64,000 nt of DNA from Candidatus Marinacidobacterales bacterium. GTDB lineage: Bacteria > Acidobacteriota > Vicinamibacteria > Marinacidobacterales > SMYC01. The position numbers and the translations under genes are program-made. The DNA lies in NCBI GenBank assembly GCA_965237955.1, contig OZ250169.1, positions 3,712,001-3,776,000 on the forward strand, in the 5' to 3' direction. Of the stretch, positions 17,723-27,357 are shown one piece after another (position 1 is the first letter of the stretch; the number at the start of each line of letters is the position of its first letter). The notes beneath the pieces are model-generated. The model worked only from the letters and a program-made list of their open reading frames with translations, was not told where the DNA came from and made no database searches.

Positions 17723-18756
17723 AACTGAGGGGGGTCGGCATCGGCTCCATGATCTATGGCTTGGGATACGGTTTCGCGCGTCCAGACTTTGCCAGCGCAG
17801 AGGTCGAAGTGGCGTTTGACGGCAGTGTGACGCTATGGAATGGCGCTAGCGAGTTGGGGCAGGGGCTGCGTACCGTTCTCTGTCAGCTTGTCGCGGGCGA
17901 GTTAGGCATTCCCTATGAGGACGTCAGGATTATCTCCTCGGACACGGAGAAAACATCTGATTCTGGTCCCGTATCGGCAAGCCGCGCCACCTATGTGCAG
18001 GGGAATGCCGTGGTCAGAGCTTGCGGCGATTTGAAAGAGCAGTTGGGAACGCTGGCGGCTGACCTGCTGGACACATATCCAGGCAGAATTGAGTTCCGCG
18101 ACAAAGGCGTCTACGATCAGGAGGAGCCGTCCAAGTGGATACCCTTCGCGAAACTGGCCGGCGAAGCGCACGCGCGCGGCAAACGATTCCGAGGACACGG
18201 CTGGCACGACATCACGACATCCGATGTCGATCGCGAAACATCACAAGGAGACGCTTACGCGACGTACGCGTGGGCGAGCCAGCTGGCCGAACTCGAAGTA
18301 GACACCGAGACCGGTAAGGTAACCGTTCTGCGACTGGCCTCCGCGACCGATGCGGGCAAAGCCATCAACCCCAAAGGCGTGGAAGGCCAGATCGAGGGCG
18401 GTGCGGTGCAGGGACTTGGGTTCGCCTTGATGGAGGATATGATTGTGAAGGATGGGAAGTTTCTGAACTCTCGCTTCAGCACCTATATCATCCCGACTGC
18501 AGCCGATGTCCCAAGAATCGATCCTCTCATTGTCGAGGTGTATGACCCGACCGGTCCGCATGGAGCCAAAGGGGTCGCGGAGCCCGCCACAATACCCACA
18601 ACTCCGGCGATACTCAACGCCATCGCTGACGCGCTGGGTAAACGCATGAGCCGAACACCTGCCACCCCTGAGCGTGTACTTCAGCTACTCGGGAAAATCG
18701 AAGTCGCGCAAAACGAAGTGATTGCGATGGAGGACGTCCCCTATCCGAGCCCCTGA
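17719..18756 (+). CDS. Molybdenum hydroxylase Mo-binding subunit, C-terminal half (NdhM-like)
   Basis: ELGQG, AINP..VEGQIEGG and GAKGVAEP (catalytic Glu); GTGA overlap with its own GGAGG RBS. Confidence 0.9.
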   Translation: MKLRGVGIGSMIYGLGYGFARPDFASAEVEVAFDGSVTLWNGASELGQGLRTVLCQLVAGELGIPYEDVRIISSDTEKTSDSGPVSASRATYVQGNAVVRACGDLKEQLGTLAADLLDTYPGRIEFRDKGVYDQEEPSKWIPFAKLAGEAHARGKRFRGHGWHDITTSDVDRETSQGDAYATYAWASQLAELEVDTETGKVTVLRLASATDAGKAINPKGVEGQIEGGAVQGLGFALMEDMIVKDGKFLNSRFSTYIIPTAADVPRIDPLIVEVYDPTGPHGAKGVAEPATIPTTPAILNAIADALGKRMSRTPATPERVLQLLGKIEVAQNEVIAMEDVPYPSP

Positions 18757-18833
18757 AGTGCGCAGCCGGCGACTTCGTCGGAACGGTTACCTCTGGCGGC
18801 GGCCTGGTATGATTCAACGAAGAAAAAGGCGCA

Positions 18834-20063
18834 ATGATTCAGAAACGTAAATCCTTGTTCGTGCTGTCGGGGTTTATTTTCGCTCGGTTGATGGTTGCGT
18901 GCGCGGCGGGGCCTGGAGCAGAGGACCCCATTCGGTTTGGGGTCATTCAGCCGCTGACGGGACCGGTTGCCGATGCAGGGTCTTATGTCCTCCACGGCCT
19001 GACCATCGGCCTCGAGAAGATCAACTCCGAGGGCGGTGTCTGCGGGCGGCGGCTGGAGCCGGTCGTCTTGGACGGCAGGAATGACCCGCAGGAATCCGCC
19101 AACGCGGCAGAGAGCTTGATCACACGTGAGAAGGTGCCCATCATCATGGGCGCATGGGGCAGCTCATCCACACTCGCGGTGATGCCGGTGATGGAGCGAC
19201 ACGGGGTACCCCTCGTGGTGGAAACATCCAGCTCCCCAAAGATTACAACCGCCGGTACGCCTGGTTTCGAGTGGGTGCATCGTATAAGCGCCACCAGCGC
19301 CATGGAAGCTGAGGCAGCGAAGCCCTACCTGGTCGATGTACTCGGGATGCACAACGTGGCCATCCTGAGTGTCAACAACGACTGGGGGCTCAGTTCGGGT
19401 GAAGCCTTCCGCCTGGTTATCGAAGAACAGGGTGGCAATATTGTCAGCGAGGACTATATCGACCAAGCCGCCACCGACGTCCTCCCACAGCTTACGAGGA
19501 TCAAGGGCTCGAAGGCGGACGCTATCTTGATGACCACTAGCGCTGGGCAGATAGCGACCATACTCAAGCAGTATAACGAGCTGGGTATGGATCAGACCAT
19601 CCTCACCACCGGCGGTAGTAACTATCCAATCGCCATCATGGATCTCTCCAGCCCGGAGATTGTCAATGGCACCTACCACCTGATGTTCTACGTGCCGAAG
19701 GAGTACGATTTGGCGGGAGATCCAGAGATTTCTGAGTGGTATTACAAGGAGTACATGAAGCGCGGCTATCCGGAGGTGGGACGGGGAGAATCCCACCGCG
19801 GCTTCGAGGCTGTGCATGTCATTGCTAAAGCGATTGAGCTGAACAACTGCAACCTCGATCCAGAGGGTTTGAACGACGCGCTGACTCGTGTTCAGTTTGC
19901 CGGGCTGAGCGGTCACATCCAGTTCGACGATGCCAATGGCCGTCAAAGCCGTCCCAACGTGTATCTCGTGCGCGTCGAAGATGGTGAACTGAAGCCCGTA
20001 CAAAGGCCTCACTCTGGTGGAACAGCGCATACGTCGCCGGAGCAGGGAGGTGCCCCACCATAG
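18834..20063 (+). CDS. LivK-type ABC substrate-binding lipoprotein; last codons contributed by IS256
   Basis: Lipobox-like MVAC; PLTG and IN.EGGV.GR motifs; original end PEH* restored across the IS target duplication. Confidence 0.88.
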   Translation: MIQKRKSLFVLSGFIFARLMVACAAGPGAEDPIRFGVIQPLTGPVADAGSYVLHGLTIGLEKINSEGGVCGRRLEPVVLDGRNDPQESANAAESLITREKVPIIMGAWGSSSTLAVMPVMERHGVPLVVETSSSPKITTAGTPGFEWVHRISATSAMEAEAAKPYLVDVLGMHNVAILSVNNDWGLSSGEAFRLVIEEQGGNIVSEDYIDQAATDVLPQLTRIKGSKADAILMTTSAGQIATILKQYNELGMDQTILTTGGSNYPIAIMDLSSPEIVNGTYHLMFYVPKEYDLAGDPEISEWYYKEYMKRGYPEVGRGESHRGFEAVHVIAKAIELNNCNLDPEGLNDALTRVQFAGLSGHIQFDDANGRQSRPNVYLVRVEDGELKPVQRPHSGGTAHTSPEQGGAPP

Positions 20064-21490
20064 TTGAAGGTTCGAGGTGGTGGCGGCTCCTGACACATGG
20101 TTTACCCGACTTTGGCGTGCTTGTCGAGCGCTTGATTCTCAGTGACCTCCGCTAACTTCGCTTCGAGGATCGGTAGCGATTGGTATCCAATGATACGACG
20201 GAAATTTTTCTCCGTGGCGAGCAGAGCCGAAGCGGCCCATCTCAGAACCATCTTGCCATTGCGCCAGCGGGTGACGCGACGGGTACGACCTCGCGCACCG
20301 CTGAAGCACGACTCGATGATGTTCGTCGATCCAAGGCAGCGTTTCAGAGATGCGGGGAGGTCGAGCTCGTTGATGGTGAACATCTCGTCGAGCCCCTCCC
20401 GGATGCTCTCCGCCGCCGAGGGGTAGTCGTCCTCGAGCCACTTCGCCTGTTGCTCCAACCGCGCTTTGCCCTTCTTTGCTGGGAGCTGCCAGGCCGAACG
20501 CAGGCTCGCTTGCACTTGCGGCTTCAGCTCCTGCGGCAGATAACCGAGCACATTGCGCTCCTTGTGCTTCCTGCAACGCTGAACCTTGTTGTGGGTACCG
20601 AACACAGCGTCGACGGCGAGCCGTAGCGCCTTGGAGCCATCGATCACGAACAGCCGACACCGCTCTGGGCTCAGGCCTCGTTCGACCAGGTCCTCCAGCA
20701 GCGCCTTGCACACTATCTGGTTCTCCGATGCTCCATCCCGAAGCCCCAGAACATGCTTGTATCCCTCTGTATCTACGCCGATTGCCGCCAGCGCGTGGTG
20801 CTCGCCGAAGCGAATCCCGTCCAGGTACACGACCGCGATCTCCAGCTCGTCCAGCGGATGCTCCATCAGCCCCTGCAACTGCTCCGCGCTTGCTTCCACG
20901 AACTCACGGCTCACCTCGCTCTTGCTAACCCCTACCGTCTCCGCCATCTCGGGAAGAACCGACGCGTACTTGCGCGTCGACACACCCAGCATCAGGATTT
21001 CCCAGATGCGTTGGCTCAGCCGAGACGAGTTGTTCACCGCTTCGTAGGCAGGAATCGCAACCTCCCCTCCCTCTGCCTTTCCCTTACGCCGCAGACGTGG
21101 CCGGCTCACTCTCAACTTCCGCTCCGCAAGGCTTACTACGCCACCCTGCCGGCCGTGCCAGCGAACATCGCTACCCTTCTTCCCCGGGTGTTTCTCCCCA
21201 GCCACACTTTGGGCTGACAGATCCAAGACCGCTTCGATCGTCGCTCGGCCAGCAACGTCGATCACTTCGTCGATCGCTATCTCGGTTCGCTCAATCGCAT
21301 CCAAGAACGGCAACAGAGCTTGCCCCTTCGAGCTCAGTATCTCTCGAAGCTTCTTCCTGTTCTTCGCATCGATGATTTGGTGATTTGACATCGTGGTGGC
21401 TCCTTTCTTTTTCCTTCACAGCCGGATTCTATCGAACCCGGCCTTAGGAGCCGCCACTCCTAACCTTCAACTATCTCAGGGGCATCTCCC
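20045..21490 (-). mobile_element. IS256-family element
   Basis: Imperfect terminal IRs (GGGAGGTGCCCC..ATAGTTGAAGGTT..GGCGGCTCCT); target duplication GGAGCA (CCGGAGCA if the right end is 21488). Confidence 0.9.
20102..21391 (-). CDS. IS256 (mutator-type) transposase
   Basis: GVSTR, YLDG, IDGSKAL, QRC..HK.RN and STN.IES motifs. Confidence 0.93.
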   Translation of the reverse strand: MSNHQIIDAKNRKKLREILSSKGQALLPFLDAIERTEIAIDEVIDVAGRATIEAVLDLSAQSVAGEKHPGKKGSDVRWHGRQGGVVSLAERKLRVSRPRLRRKGKAEGGEVAIPAYEAVNNSSRLSQRIWEILMLGVSTRKYASVLPEMAETVGVSKSEVSREFVEASAEQLQGLMEHPLDELEIAVVYLDGIRFGEHHALAAIGVDTEGYKHVLGLRDGASENQIVCKALLEDLVERGLSPERCRLFVIDGSKALRLAVDAVFGTHNKVQRCRKHKERNVLGYLPQELKPQVQASLRSAWQLPAKKGKARLEQQAKWLEDDYPSAAESIREGLDEMFTINELDLPASLKRCLGSTNIIESCFSGARGRTRRVTRWRNGKMVLRWAASALLATEKNFRRIIGYQSLPILEAKLAEVTENQALDKHAKVG

Positions 21491-21641
21491 GGAGCATTAG
21501 TCGACCCGTTAGATCCAATTGCCGTCATCCAGGTACAAAGCACCGCTGGCGGGAAAATCCCAGCCGAATCAGAGCATTGAAAACGGCTTCGCGCCTCTCA
21601 GCCTGAGCCACATTCAATCGAAGCTCCGGGAGGCGGTGCGT

Positions 21642-21797
21642 ATTCCGGGGCATCGTGAACGCAGATTCCAGCCGAAGGTGAACATCCATTCCAAAGCATC
21701 GTGAACACGGATTCCGGGGATCGTGAACATCGATTCCGGGGAAGGTGAACACGGATTCCAGGCAACGTGAACGCCGGTTCCGGCATCGCGAACGCTC
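21642..21797 (+). repeat. Seven 21-23 bp subterminal repeats of the IS21 left end
   Basis: ATTCC-N7-8-GTGAAC-N4 units in tandem; about 3 inverted copies at the right end (about 24388-24458). Confidence 0.88.
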
Positions 21798-21856
21798 ATC
21801 GATAGCACGTTTCAAGGCAACTCTAGGTCGTACCCGGAAGGAGGACGATCTAGGAA

Positions 21857-23292
21857 ATGGCAGCTAAGAGGTTATCGATGAGAAAAATACGAGAGGTTCT
21901 AAGGTTAAAGTACGAGCTGGGTTTTACTCACCGCATGATCGCAAAGGCACTTCGCGTGGCGGTTGGAACGGTGAGTGAGTACCTGGCCAAGGCGAAGAAG
22001 GGTGGTCTGAGCTGGCCGCTCCCGGAGGAGCTGAGCGAAGGGGAGCTGGAGGCAGGGCTGTTTCCGCCGCCGGGCTCGTCTGGCGCACGGCCGGGTCTGG
22101 ACTATGCCCACATCCACGAGGAGCTGAGGCGTCACCGAGAGCTGACGTTGCTGCAGCTGTGGGTGGAGTACGCGGAGAATAAGCCGGGAGCGTACGGCTA
22201 CAGCCGTTATTGCGAGCTGTACGGTCAATGGAGCTGTTCGTCGGGACGTTGGGCGCGAGCAGTTACACCTACGTCGAAGCGACACTGAACCAGTCGCTGG
22301 AATCGTGGGCGAAGGCCCATAAGGGGATGTCGGATTACTTCGGTGGCAGTACGGAGATCTGGGTTCCGGACAACTTGAAGAGCGGCGTGGATTTGGTGGA
22401 CCGTTACGAGCCAGGGATCAACCGGACGTACGAAGAGCTGGCGACGCATTACGGTGCGGTTGTGGTCCCGGCTCGGGTGTTCAAGCCGAAAGACAAAGCG
22501 AAGGTGGAGTCGGCAGTGCAGGTGGCGCAGCGCTGGATCCTGGCGGTGCTTCGTCATCGCACGTTCTTCAGCCTGGCGGAACTGAACGAAGCCATCTGGG
22601 AGAAGTTAGAGGTCCTGAATGCGCGTCCGATGCAGAAGCTCGGTGTGAGTCGGCGGGAGTTGTACGAAAGGCTAGACCGGCCCGTACTGAAACCGCTACC
22701 GCAGGAGAGCTACGAGTTATCGACGTGGAAGCGGTGCAGAGTGAACATCGACTACCACGTGGAGGTGGAGAACAACTTGTACAGCGTTCCCTATCAGCTC
22801 ATTCACGAGAAAGTCGAGGCACGGGTGACGGCCTCGGTGGTGGAGGTCCTGTTCAAGGGAAAGCGCGTCGCGTCGCATCCCCGCAAGAAAGGAAAGGGGC
22901 ACTACTCCACGAACCCGGAGCATATGCCACGTTCGCATCGGGAGCACCTGGAGTGGACGCCGTCGCGGCTGCTCCACTGGGCGGAGCAGTCAGGTCGCGC
23001 CACGGGAAGGCTGGTTGCGGGGATTCTAGAGAGTCGGCCTCACCCGGAGCAGGGATTTCGCTCTTGCCTGGGAGTCATGCGACTAGGCAGCCGCTGGGGC
23101 AGTGAGCGTCTCGAGGCCGCTTGCGCACGAGCGGAAGCTTTGAGCTCTTACAGCTATCGCACGGTGAAAAACATTCTCTCGGCTGGTCTGGATCGTGTGG
23201 TGCTCGAATCGGACGCCGAAGCGAAACCGCGAGAGGAGCACGAGAACATCCGAGGCGCGGATCACTACGAAGGAGGAGAGTCCCGATGCTGA
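21857..23292 (+). pseudogene. istA: IstA transposase with internal deletion and frameshift
   Basis: N-terminal HTH ORF 21857-22288 and core ORF meet out of frame at CGGTCAATGG (about 22222-22231); the segment with the first catalytic Asp is missing. Confidence 0.85.
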
Positions 23293-24044
23293 CACCCGAA
23301 ACGATAGAAAAGATGAACGCCATGAAGTTGTTCGGCTTGGTGTCCGCGTTCGAAACCCAGTTGAGCTCGAGCGAATACAAGGAGCTGAGCTTCGAGGAAC
23401 GTGTGGGACTCCTGGTCGATGCCGAGTGGACCGCCCGCGAACAGCGTAAGCTTTCTCGACGACTGCGAGCGGCAAAGCTCCGCTATCCGGCATGTTTGGA
23501 GAACGTGAACTTCCAAGCGCCTCGAGGCTTAAACCGCGAACAGATCTTGAGCCTGGGCAACTGCCGCTTTGTCGGTGAGCGCCATAACCTGCTCATCACC
23601 GGCCCGACGGGGATTGGCAAATCGTTCTTGGCTTGCGCCTTCGTGGAGCGGGCCTGTCGTCGCGGCTTCACCGGATGCTACGTGCGAGCACCGCGCTTGC
23701 TCCACGAGCTCGCGGTCGCTCGTGGTGATGGTTCCTACGCCCGGCTTTTGACGAAACTCGCCAAGCTGGACTTACTGGCTATCGATGATTGGCTGCTTCA
23801 CCCGCTGAAAGAATCGGAGAGACGGGATCTAATGGAGGTCATCGAAGACCGCGCCGAGCGTGGCTCCACACTCATCGCGACCCAGATTCCGCTCAAGCAG
23901 TGGCACGAAGCGATTGGCGACCCAAACCAGGCAGACGCTATCTGCGATCGCATTCTCCACAGCGCGCACCGCATCACTCTCAAAGGAGCTTCTCTGAGAA
24001 AGACCAAGGCTGCGCCAAAGGCATTTGACAACGCCGATGCATGA
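23286..24044 (+). CDS. istB: IstB AAA+ ATPase helper
   Basis: GPTGIGKS, LLAIDD and DAICDRILH motifs; GGAG RBS. Confidence 0.93.
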   Translation: MLTPETIEKMNAMKLFGLVSAFETQLSSSEYKELSFEERVGLLVDAEWTAREQRKLSRRLRAAKLRYPACLENVNFQAPRGLNREQILSLGNCRFVGERHNLLITGPTGIGKSFLACAFVERACRRGFTGCYVRAPRLLHELAVARGDGSYARLLTKLAKLDLLAIDDWLLHPLKESERRDLMEVIEDRAERGSTLIATQIPLKQWHEAIGDPNQADAICDRILHSAHRITLKGASLRKTKAAPKAFDNADA

Positions 24045-24565
24045 GCGAGCGAGGGACCACAGCGTCGATGCGATAAAAACGGGTGAAACCGCCAAACCCG
24101 GGGTACCAGACGATGCGGCGCCAAAACGACGCGCGAGAATGCCTCAGGAAGCGTCTTCTCGAGCCAGGCCATACCCCAGCAACCCCCCGAAACCAGCCCC
24201 ACATCGCCCGGGGTTCGGCCGCGGCAGGTCGCTGCCTACGGGAGCGGGAAGGTCGCTTCGCGTCTTTCCTTACGCCCGCTCCCTCCGGCACCGACCTGCC
24301 GCCCCTTGCTACACAACACGCAGGTAAGATAGGTTCACGTTTTCAATCAGTGGAAAGGAGGTCACCCAACACTTCATCGCTTCGATGAGCGTTCGGCTTC
24401 ACCGGATTCGCTGTTCAGCTTGCTCTGGATTCGGCGTTCACGATGGCTGGAATACGCAGTCGGAGCGTTAATTAACCCCAAAGCAAAAATCAACGCGGCC
24501 ACGAATTGCCTAAGGGAGGCCCCCTGTGTCAGGGTTAACCTCCACGTCTGCCCCTAATACCGGTC

Positions 24566-25438
24566 ATGGTTATTTTCTTACAACACGTCGTCAACGGTCT
24601 CATGATCGGTGGTGTTTACGCCTTGATGGGCATAGGCCTGACGCTCATTTTTGGCGTCATGAATGTGGTGAACTTCGCGCACGGCGAGTTCTACATGCTG
24701 GGCGCATTCGTCGTCTACACGGTCTTCACGCTCGCGGGCGTACCGTACCTGATCGCGCTCATCGCTGCGGCCATCGTCGTTGGCCTACTGGGTGTCTTTG
24801 TCGAGCGGTTTTTGTTGCGTCCGATCCGCCATCAGCCCGTGGATGTTCCGATGCTGGCAACGATCGGGCTCTCCATCTTTCTGGCTAATATGGCGTTGAT
24901 CGTCTGGGGCCCCACCCGCAAGGATATAGGCCAGGCTTTTCCTCTAGTTGGCATCGAGGTTGGACCCTTGACACTGACGCCCGCCAGGGTGTCCGTGCTC
25001 GTTGCCTCGCTCCTCATCATTGTCGGCTCGCATTGGTTCCTCCAGCGCACAAAGTTGGGCAGGGCTATACGTGCCACCTTCCAGGATCCGGAAACGGCTG
25101 CCTTGATGGGTGTCGACGTCGACTTTGTCAACATGTTTACCTTCGGCTTGGGAGCGGGCATCGCCGCTCTTGCCGGTGGCTTGCTCGGGCCCATTTTCCA
25201 GGTGTTTCCCACCATGGGAGCTATCGTCAGCCTCAAATCCTTTGCGGTGGTCATCGCCGGTGGGTTGGGCAGCTTCCCCGGCGCCATCCTGGCGGGACTG
25301 CTGCTGGGCATTGCCGAGAGTTTAGGGGCAGGCTATATCTCCTCAGGATATCGTGACGCGATTGCATTCATCCTGATCATTGTCGTGCTCATTTTCAAAC
25401 CCACCGGTCTGCTGGGAAAAAAGGGCGGAGTGGGATGA
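24566..25438 (+). CDS. livH: Branched-chain amino acid-type ABC permease
   Basis: GLTLIFGVMNVVNFAHGEF, T.LGRAIRA and GGLGS motifs. Confidence 0.9.
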   Translation: MVIFLQHVVNGLMIGGVYALMGIGLTLIFGVMNVVNFAHGEFYMLGAFVVYTVFTLAGVPYLIALIAAAIVVGLLGVFVERFLLRPIRHQPVDVPMLATIGLSIFLANMALIVWGPTRKDIGQAFPLVGIEVGPLTLTPARVSVLVASLLIIVGSHWFLQRTKLGRAIRATFQDPETAALMGVDVDFVNMFTFGLGAGIAALAGGLLGPIFQVFPTMGAIVSLKSFAVVIAGGLGSFPGAILAGLLLGIAESLGAGYISSGYRDAIAFILIIVVLIFKPTGLLGKKGGVG

Positions 25439-27357
25439 CGCAAACATCTCGATTTTCGCTCCTGGGTCTGCTGGCAGCGGCTCTGGTCTTTCCCCAAATC
25501 GTCAGCGATCCCTTCGTTCTTCGTCTGGCGATCCTATGCGGTGTCTTTATCCTGCTGGCGTCCGCCCACAACATCTTGATGAACGTAAAGCAATTGTCAC
25601 TTGGGCCGGTAGCGTTTTACGGACTGGGCGCCTATGTCTCCGCGATTCTCACAACGCGGTTCAACGTTCCCTTCCTGATAGCGTTTTTCGCCGCCGGTCT
25701 CACGGCCACCGCCGTCGGATGGATCCTTGGCCGTTTGACGCTGAGACTGCGCGCCGCCTATTTCGTCCTGGTGACTCTTGGTTTTGCCGAATTTTTCCGG
25801 CTCGTCGCCCTCAACTGGGTCGACATGACGAACGGCCCGATGGGTATTACTGCAGTACCGCCGCCCACTCCGTGGTTCAAAGGATACGTACCCTACTACT
25901 TCTTTATTCTGTTGCTAGTCGTGATCGTGCTGTGCGGTCTGTACCGCCTGGAGCACAGCACGATTGGGCGGGCCATGCGTGCTATACGTGAGAATGAACC
26001 GCTGGCCCTCTCCGTCGGCATTTCCAGCTTCCGCTACATGATGTTAGCGACTCTGCTGAGCTCTTTTATCATCGGGTTGGCCGGCAGCTTCTACGCGCAC
26101 TTTTCCCAGTTCGTCAGTCCCGAAATTCTAGCGTTCGACCTTACACTCACTATTGTGATCATGGTCATCGCCGGTGGACGTGCCACCCTGGCGGGGCCGG
26201 TCGTAGGTGCGATTATCTTCACCGTATTGCCTGAGCTCCTGCGCGTCGCCCAGGTCTGGCGCATGGCCATCTTGGGTCTAATGCTCATGCTCATCATGCG
26301 TTTCATGCCTGACGGAATCTTACCCACCCTGTCACAGTTGCTACGGCGCCTCGTCGCCCAGCGCGTCAAGGTTCGCCCGAAACCGGTCGAAGGTCCGACC
26401 CCTAGCGCGGCTCCAGCAGGACCGATCGTCACGACGGAGCAGCACTCGCCCCTGAGTCCGGAGTTTCCCGAGTCCCTTTCACGTGGGTCGACGGTTGACG
26501 GCTCAAACCTATCCCCGCGGAGTGAAGCCTCCCATGATGTCGAGCACCGCCGCAGCTCAGAAACGCTCCTTCGGGTAAAGCGACTATCCGTCTATTTCGG
26601 CGGCCTGCATGCCGTAGACGGAGTCGATTTCGAGGTGAAGGCGGGCGAGATCCTCGCGGTCATCGGCCCCAACGGAGCAGGCAAGACGACGATTCTAAAC
26701 GCAATATCCCGATTTGGGCCCATCACCGCCGGCGAGATCTGGCACCATGACGAGCTCCTCAATAACTTGTACTCGTACGAAGTTGCCTGCCGCGGTATCG
26801 TGCGCACCTTTCAAGACACCAAGCTCTTTCCGAATGTCTCGACGCGACGCAACCTCGTCCTGGCGCACAACGGCATGGAGCCGGAAGCGCTCCATGCCAA
26901 TCTGTTTCGCACCGACTCATGCTTACAGGCTGAACGGCAGGCCGAGCTCGTTGCAGATCAGGTTCTGGAGTTCCTTCGGCTGAACCCACACCGGTCGTTC
27001 TTGGCCAATAGCCTGCCCTATGGTCATCAGCGCTTGCTGGCACTGGGCATAGCACTGGCTCCTAAGCCCAAGGTGTTGCTGCTCGACGAGCCGGCAGCGG
27101 GCATGAATCTCGCCGAGGTCGCAGATCTCATGGCCCTGATCAAGAAGATTCGCGACAAAGGCATCACCATCGTTCTGGTGGAGCACGACATGAAGCTGGT
27201 CATGGGCATTTCGGATCGCGTCCTGGTGCTGGACTACGGCCAGAAGATCGCCGAGGGACGCCCAGAGGAGATCCGCGCCAACGAACGCGTCGTCGAAGCG
27301 TACCTGGGGAGGCGTAGCGAGCAAACGGAAGAGCATGCTAAAGATATCCAATATTGA
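25435..27357 (+). CDS. Fused LivM permease - LivG ATPase
   Basis: LivM motifs (LRLR..YF, GRAMRAIRENE), Pro/Ser-rich linker, then GPNGAGKT, LPYG, LLDEP and VEHDM. Confidence 0.9.
   Translation: MTQTSRFSLLGLLAAALVFPQIVSDPFVLRLAILCGVFILLASAHNILMNVKQLSLGPVAFYGLGAYVSAILTTRFNVPFLIAFFAAGLTATAVGWILGRLTLRLRAAYFVLVTLGFAEFFRLVALNWVDMTNGPMGITAVPPPTPWFKGYVPYYFFILLLVVIVLCGLYRLEHSTIGRAMRAIRENEPLALSVGISSFRYMMLATLLSSFIIGLAGSFYAHFSQFVSPEILAFDLTLTIVIMVIAGGRATLAGPVVGAIIFTVLPELLRVAQVWRMAILGLMLMLIMRFMPDGILPTLSQLLRRLVAQRVKVRPKPVEGPTPSAAPAGPIVTTEQHSPLSPEFPESLSRGSTVDGSNLSPRSEASHDVEHRRSSETLLRVKRLSVYFGGLHAVDGVDFEVKAGEILAVIGPNGAGKTTILNAISRFGPITAGEIWHHDELLNNLYSYEVACRGIVRTFQDTKLFPNVSTRRNLVLAHNGMEPEALHANLFRTDSCLQAERQAELVADQVLEFLRLNPHRSFLANSLPYGHQRLLALGIALAPKPKVLLLDEPAAGMNLAEVADLMALIKKIRDKGITIVLVEHDMKLVMGISDRVLVLDYGQKIAEGRPEEIRANERVVEAYLGRRSEQTEEHAKDIQY

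Larger units (their letters stand above)
21637..24458 (+). mobile_element. IS21-family element (defective)
   Basis: TGCGTATTCC...GGAATACGCA ends; istA/istB; flanks GGCGG / GTCGG. Confidence 0.9.

Noticed and set aside
17700-17740. Frameshifted single Mo subunit
   Set aside because: The second ORF has its own GGAGG RBS and GTGA coupling, matching naturally split L/M enzymes
14962-18756. Aerobic CO dehydrogenase (coxMSL)
   Set aside because: The active-site loop is GPFRGFG, not AYxCSFR; no cox accessory genes
21642-21797. CRISPR-like array
   Set aside because: Degenerate 22-bp units without spacers, located at an IS21 end and mirrored at the other end; no cas genes
24025-24388. Passenger gene in IS21
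   Set aside because: The ORFs are short and low-complexity; the region is dominated by a GC-rich hairpin (about 24227-24296) and appears non-coding
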